Part shown: piece after piece, positions 59,626 to 64,000 of the stretch
Layout of the letters: each line of letters opens with the position of its first letter
Numbering within the stretch: the stretch's first letter is position 1
Assembly: GCA_965214775.1 (NCBI GenBank)
Contig: OZ243974.1
Span: 672,001 to 736,000 of the forward strand
Length of the DNA: 64,000 bases
Reading direction: 5' to 3'
Source of the DNA: Nitrosopumilus sp.
GTDB taxonomy: Archaea > Thermoproteota > Nitrososphaeria > Nitrososphaerales > Nitrosopumilaceae
Notes under the pieces: model-generated
What the model was told of the DNA's origin: nothing
The model's database searches: none
Seen by the model: only the letters and a program-made list of their open reading frames with translations
Translations under genes and position numbers: made by a program

Positions 59626-60177
59626 ATGTCTGAAAATGCAATTTTTCCAGGGGACAAAATAGCGTCTATTGAGGAGTATGAGGCCGGATACAACACGTTT
59701 GATGACGGAGACATGGTAAGGGCAGCAACAATAGGCGAGAAGGACATTGACAAATCCGCCAGGATTGCAAATGTCAGGCATCCCAAAGTGCTGTCAATTC
59801 CCAGGGTCGGAGACGTGGTGATTGGCTCAGTTGCAGCAGTAATGTCGTCAATGATTGCAGTAGCAATCGAGTTCATCAACGGAAGTCCGACAACATCAAA
59901 GGTAGAATGCGTCTGTTCGACTAGAAACATCAGAAAAAAGAATGTTGCGCTGGTAAATGATATTGTCACATTAAAGATTGTAAATCACCTGAACGGAACG
60001 ATTCATGCCACGATCAGCGAACCGCAACTAGGAGTGTTATTTACAAAATGTAGAAAGTGTGGAAAGAAAGTGGTGCAAATGCGGGACGCGGTCAAATGTA
60101 TTGAATGCTCATGGATTGATGAAAGGAAGCTTTCAACAAACTTTGGAAACGGTGATTTTGTTAATTTGAGAGATTAA
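59626..60177 (+). CDS. csl4: Exosome RNA-binding subunit Csl4
   Basis: FPGDKIASIEEY, PRVGDVVIG S1 domain, LGVL, CRKC/CIEC, ERKLS; start moved to MSENA. Confidence 0.92.
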   Translation: MSENAIFPGDKIASIEEYEAGYNTFDDGDMVRAATIGEKDIDKSARIANVRHPKVLSIPRVGDVVIGSVAAVMSSMIAVAIEFINGSPTTSKVECVCSTRNIRKKNVALVNDIVTLKIVNHLNGTIHATISEPQLGVLFTKCRKCGKKVVQMRDAVKCIECSWIDERKLSTNFGNGDFVNLRD

Positions 60178-60179
60178 AA

Positions 60180-60995
60180 ATGAACAAGGTGTCGTTCCAA
60201 GGAGAACGAGGTGCATATAGCGAGGCAGCTGCAGGCTCATTTTTCAAAGAAGAGACCATTACTGCCATTCCGCACAGCACGTTTGCCGAAGCGCTAGATG
60301 CCACAGCAAAGGGGGAATCAGATTATTCGGTATTGCCTGTTGAGAACTCGATTGAGGGGAGCGTAGGGGAGAGTTACGACTTGCTATATTCGACATCGCT
60401 AAATGTAACAGGCGAGATTTATCACAGAATTGAGCATTGCCTGATTGGAAACGGAAGGATCGAGGAAGTAGATACGGTATATTCACATCCGCAGGCTTTA
60501 GGACAATGCAGGAAGTTCATTGAGGGAAAAAACCTCAAGACAATTCCAACTTACGATACTGCGGGGAGCGTAAGGATTGTCAAGGAAATAAACAGGAACA
60601 ACTGCGCCTGTATTGCTAGCAAGGCAGCCTCATCCCTATATCAAATGCCAGTTATTGCCGAAAAAATTGCAAACAATCCCAACAACTACACCCGATTTCT
60701 GGTATTATCCAAGAACAAGTCACCCGTATCGGCGGGCAGAGACAAGACCTCGATAATTTTCTCAATCAAGCACGAGCCCGGCTCATTGTTTAGAATAATT
60801 GAAAATTTTAACAAAAACAATGTGAACTTGACAAAGATAGAATCCAGGCCGACGCAACAAAGCGCGTGGGAGTATAACTTCTATGTGGATTTTGAGGGGC
60901 ACCAGGATGACTCTGAAATCTCGCCAATGCTGGGCAGTATCAGTCAAGAGACGATCTTTATGAAAATTTTGGGCTCCTACCCTTCAGCAAAATAA
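60180..60995 (+). CDS. pheA: Prephenate dehydratase
   Basis: QGERGAYSE, PVENSIEG, SHPQALGQC, NYTRF, TKIESRP, LGSY. Confidence 0.94.
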   Translation: MNKVSFQGERGAYSEAAAGSFFKEETITAIPHSTFAEALDATAKGESDYSVLPVENSIEGSVGESYDLLYSTSLNVTGEIYHRIEHCLIGNGRIEEVDTVYSHPQALGQCRKFIEGKNLKTIPTYDTAGSVRIVKEINRNNCACIASKAASSLYQMPVIAEKIANNPNNYTRFLVLSKNKSPVSAGRDKTSIIFSIKHEPGSLFRIIENFNKNNVNLTKIESRPTQQSAWEYNFYVDFEGHQDDSEISPMLGSISQETIFMKILGSYPSAK

Positions 60996-60997
60996 AG

Positions 60998-61465
60998 CTA
61001 AAAGCCTTTTGGCTTTCGTAAAGTAAACCCCATGCTAAACCCGATGATTACCATTCCAGAGATGACCACCATCAAGTCGTATGTAAGCCAGATTGGATCC
61101 GAACTCCTGACCAGAGTTCCGGTAATTTGTAGTTCCTCATTGCCGGTATTTTCAATTTTGATGCTTGTCTCTCCGTCAGTTAGGTGGATCCAGTCTAACT
61201 TTAACTCATTTTTATGAGCAGATTCAGGCATTTGCAATCCGTGTCCGGGGCTATTCAAGGTCACATTAAAGCTGTCTCCTGCTATTGTCATCCGCTGATG
61301 CGTGCTTGCAGGTGCAGGAATTGTGTAAAAAGTTGATTCTCCGGTTTTGACATAATGTTCTTCGTCAATGGTAACAGTTCCAATATGCTGAACCAGGGAA
61401 ACAAAGCCGATTCCCATAATTACAGAGCCAACAACTAGGCCGATGACGGTTCGTTTTGACAGCAT
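60998..61465 (-). CDS. Two-TM hypothetical membrane protein
   Basis: Hydrophobic N- and C-terminal helices flanking a beta-rich domain. Confidence 0.75.
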   Translation of the reverse strand: MLSKRTVIGLVVGSVIMGIGFVSLVQHIGTVTIDEEHYVKTGESTFYTIPAPASTHQRMTIAGDSFNVTLNSPGHGLQMPESAHKNELKLDWIHLTDGETSIKIENTGNEELQITGTLVRSSDPIWLTYDLMVVISGMVIIGFSMGFTLRKPKGF

Positions 61466-61670
61466 AACTGTTTTGTCCTAAACGCCGTTTAAAAAATTAG
61501 CGGAACCATAGTTAAGAGTGCAAGTTCTTGAGTACAAACGCAGCTTTTCTGCTGATATGCCTGTCAACGTCAAGATCATCACACCGTCCCAAAGCATGAC
61601 GAAACTGCCGTGCATATCTCTGAAAACTCGGGATTATACTCAGAGACCGCCAGGACGCGCTTTGCCTGCT

Positions 61671-61805
61671 GAGAGATGATCCGGAATCATAAGCCGTACG
61701 GATTTTTCAGGTGATTTCACAGATAACTTGTATTTTGTTGGTGTTTTGAGTTGTTTTGTACATTCGTCTACAAATAATCTGAATCTGCTAATTTCGAATC
61801 AACTC
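61671..61805 (+). mobile_element. MITE family A copy
   Basis: gagagatgatccggaatcataagccgtacg...gctaatttcgaatcaactc. Confidence 0.9.
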
Positions 61806-61872
61806 AGCAGAGGAATAACGGTAAAAATACAGGTGGCCACATACTATGAAATCGGCGCTGCTAAAAAATCAA

Positions 61873-63303
61873 CTACATCAGAGAAACGTCATGGGGCTGG
61901 CTTTCGGCAAACCCTGCCCTTGAGATCTTGATAAATTCCGCGTTTTCCTGCATTCGGGAAATTGTACGGGCACCGCAATAACTAAGGCCGGAACGGACGC
62001 CTCCGCTAAGTTGTTTCAGAATATCAGTGACAGTTCCCTTGTATGGAACCATTGCCTCGACTCCCTCTGCAACATAGTCATTAAGGTCGTCTTCAAGCGA
62101 GATGGAGCCTGTTTCCTTTGATTTTCTTCCTATAGAGGCGGCCAACGATGCCATTCCACGGTAAACTTTGAAGCGCTTGCCGTTTTTGGTCAATACGGTC
62201 CCGGGAGACTCGTCGGTTCCTCCAAGCATGCTGCCAACCATTACAGAGGATGCGCCGGCAGCCAAAGCCTTTGTCGCATCGCCTGAAGTCCTGGTTCCGC
62301 CATCAGAGATGATTGGAATTCCGTGATCGCGGCCGATCTTTGCGCAATCCATTACTGCCGTAAGTTGCGGAACCCCCGAACCGGTGATTACTCTTGTAAT
62401 GCAGATTGAGCCGGAGCCCACTCCGACTTTGACGGCATCCACGCCTGCCCTGATCAAGTCTTCGGCACCTTGTGCAGTTGCGGTATTTCCCGCAATTAAC
62501 TCGCAGTTAGGGAATGCCTTCTTGATGTTTTTTACCGTGCTGATTGCGTTTTCGCTATGGCCATGGGCAATATCAACAACCAAAACGTCAGTTCCCGCCT
62601 CCAGCAGGGACTCGCTTCGCTCCAAAAAGTCTCCCTTTACGCCGACTGCTGCACCAACTAGAGGCCTGCCCTTCTTGTCTTTTGACGCATTCGGATAGTC
62701 AGTGTTATTTGTAATGTCCTTGCTGGTAATCAGACCTTTAATGGAACCGGATTCATCAATTAAGGGCAGTTTCTCTATTCTGTGCTTGTGCAGGATCTGT
62801 TTTGCCTCGTCTAATGAAACCCCAATGTTTGCCGTAACGACATCCCTAGTCATCACATCCGAAATTCTCTCACTGTGATCTGCAAATAGTAAATCCCTCT
62901 CAGTTACAATTCCAATTAGTTTCGAGTCAGAGTCAACCACCAAGAGCCCAGAGATCTCTTTTTCATCAGAAATCTCAAGAGCGTCCCCAATGGATTTATC
63001 AGAACTTATTGAATACGGATTTTCAATCATCACGCTGCCAGAGCGCTTTACCTTCAGGACTTCGCTTGCCTGCTCTTCAATTGTCAAAAACCTGTGAACG
63101 ACCCCGATTCCCCCTACTCTGGCCATGGCCACTGCCATGGAGGATTCGGTAACCGTATCCATGTTAGCGCTGACAAACGGGATGTTAATCGAGATGTTTC
63201 TTGATAGTTTTGTGCTTAGATCGGTTTGGCTTCTGCTTGTAATATCTGAATATTTGGGTACAAGAAGCACGTCGTCAAAAGTCAATCCCTCTTTGAATTC
63301 CAA
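61873..63303 (-). CDS. guaB: IMP dehydrogenase
   Basis: [21 protein letters not shown] pair, [23 protein letters not shown]. Confidence 0.96.
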   Translation of the reverse strand: MEFKEGLTFDDVLLVPKYSDITSRSQTDLSTKLSRNISINIPFVSANMDTVTESSMAVAMARVGGIGVVHRFLTIEEQASEVLKVKRSGSVMIENPYSISSDKSIGDALEISDEKEISGLLVVDSDSKLIGIVTERDLLFADHSERISDVMTRDVVTANIGVSLDEAKQILHKHRIEKLPLIDESGSIKGLITSKDITNNTDYPNASKDKKGRPLVGAAVGVKGDFLERSESLLEAGTDVLVVDIAHGHSENAISTVKNIKKAFPNCELIAGNTATAQGAEDLIRAGVDAVKVGVGSGSICITRVITGSGVPQLTAVMDCAKIGRDHGIPIISDGGTRTSGDATKALAAGASSVMVGSMLGGTDESPGTVLTKNGKRFKVYRGMASLAASIGRKSKETGSISLEDDLNDYVAEGVEAMVPYKGTVTDILKQLSGGVRSGLSYCGARTISRMQENAEFIKISRAGFAESQPHDVSLM

Positions 63304-63333
63304 TGAAACCCTGTTAAGAGAGTTTAAGATTAA

Positions 63334-64000
63334 TTATAAGCCTTTGCGTCGTTTTGGAAAATACTTGGCAATGGAAATTGCATCCTTTGCAGAGTTGACG
63401 CTATGGGTTCGAATGATGTCTGCCCCGTTTAAAACAGATACTGTTTCTGCCGCAATGGTTCCTGCTAGCCGATCAGACGGGTCGTCTTTTTTCAGGATGC
63501 TGCCGATAAAAGACTTGTTGGAAACCGAAACCAAGATTGGGAATTTGTCCTTGATTTTTTTGAGATTTTGAATGATTAAAAGATCACGGGAGACCCAGTC
63601 AGACGAGATTTTTGTAAAAAAGGGTCCCCTGCCTGTCCTTCGGAAAAATCCAATGGAAGGATCCACTACAAGTTTTTTGGGCGAAATTCCCGATTCTTTT
63701 GCAATTTTGACACTCTGCTCAAGCAGCTGCATGGTTTTCAGCACATGGTCTCCTCTGACGATTGTACTGCTGAATGCGCACAAGACTAGATCCGGTTCAT
63801 ATTTGGAGATTATGTCTTTCATTTGACTGTCAAATTTTAGCCCGGAAATATCGTTGATTATCTCAGCGTTGTTTTCCAATGCTGCTTTTGCAACGCTGGA
63901 ACGACACGTATCAACTGAGATTGGCAGATTGGAATGATCCTGAATTATTTTGATGGCGCCCAGAACCCTTGCAGACTCTGTCTTTTCGGATACTGCCGTG
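63334..64000 (-). CDS. folP: Dihydropteroate synthase (5' part outside window)
   Basis: Frame stays open to window edge: LPISVDT, INDISG, VDPSIGF, SNKSF, IIRTH. Confidence 0.9.
   Translation of the reverse strand, partial: TAVSEKTESARVLGAIKIIQDHSNLPISVDTCRSSVAKAALENNAEIINDISGLKFDSQMKDIISKYEPDLVLCAFSSTIVRGDHVLKTMQLLEQSVKIAKESGISPKKLVVDPSIGFFRRTGRGPFFTKISSDWVSRDLLIIQNLKKIKDKFPILVSVSNKSFIGSILKKDDPSDRLAGTIAAETVSVLNGADIIRTHSVNSAKDAISIAKYFPKRRKGL

Noticed and set aside
61728-61931. ORF beginning MYFVGVLSCFV, also at the start of 37836-38258
   Set aside because: The shared N-terminus is translated MITE A sequence, not a gene family.

Overview
64-kb chromosomal window of an ammonia-oxidising archaeon (Nitrosopumilaceae-type Thaumarchaeota). 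The assignment rests on a PEFG-CTERM sorting signal, a Rieske/cytochrome b/plastocyanin complex III cluster, KEOPS genes, tgtA, tiaS, taw1, csl4 and dph2. A conserved backbone (tRNA-modification genes, his operon, thrC, HMG-CoA reductase, pheA, guaB, folP, tRNA-Arg and initiator tRNA-Met) is interrupted by single accessory genes: a ParB-domain protein, a periplasmic-binding protein, a DUF2075 nuclease-helicase and an HNH nuclease. It also holds three tandem thrombospondin type-3 repeat genes. The genome looks like it is eroding, and a host-associated lifestyle is inferred but not shown. At least five families of 80-175 bp non-autonomous elements occur here. One splits the uracil-DNA glycosylase gene with a clean 3-bp target duplication, and several are nested in or beside an IS481 remnant. 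Trinucleotide-slippage insertions occur inside core enzymes. The most unusual signals are (i) a perfect 38-36-38 bp repeat-spacer-repeat with a palindromic repeat about 70 bp downstream of the HNH nuclease gene, and (ii) a two-copy ~152-bp element without terminal inverted repeats that keeps a stem despite sequence divergence. All calls are by eye; no searches were run.
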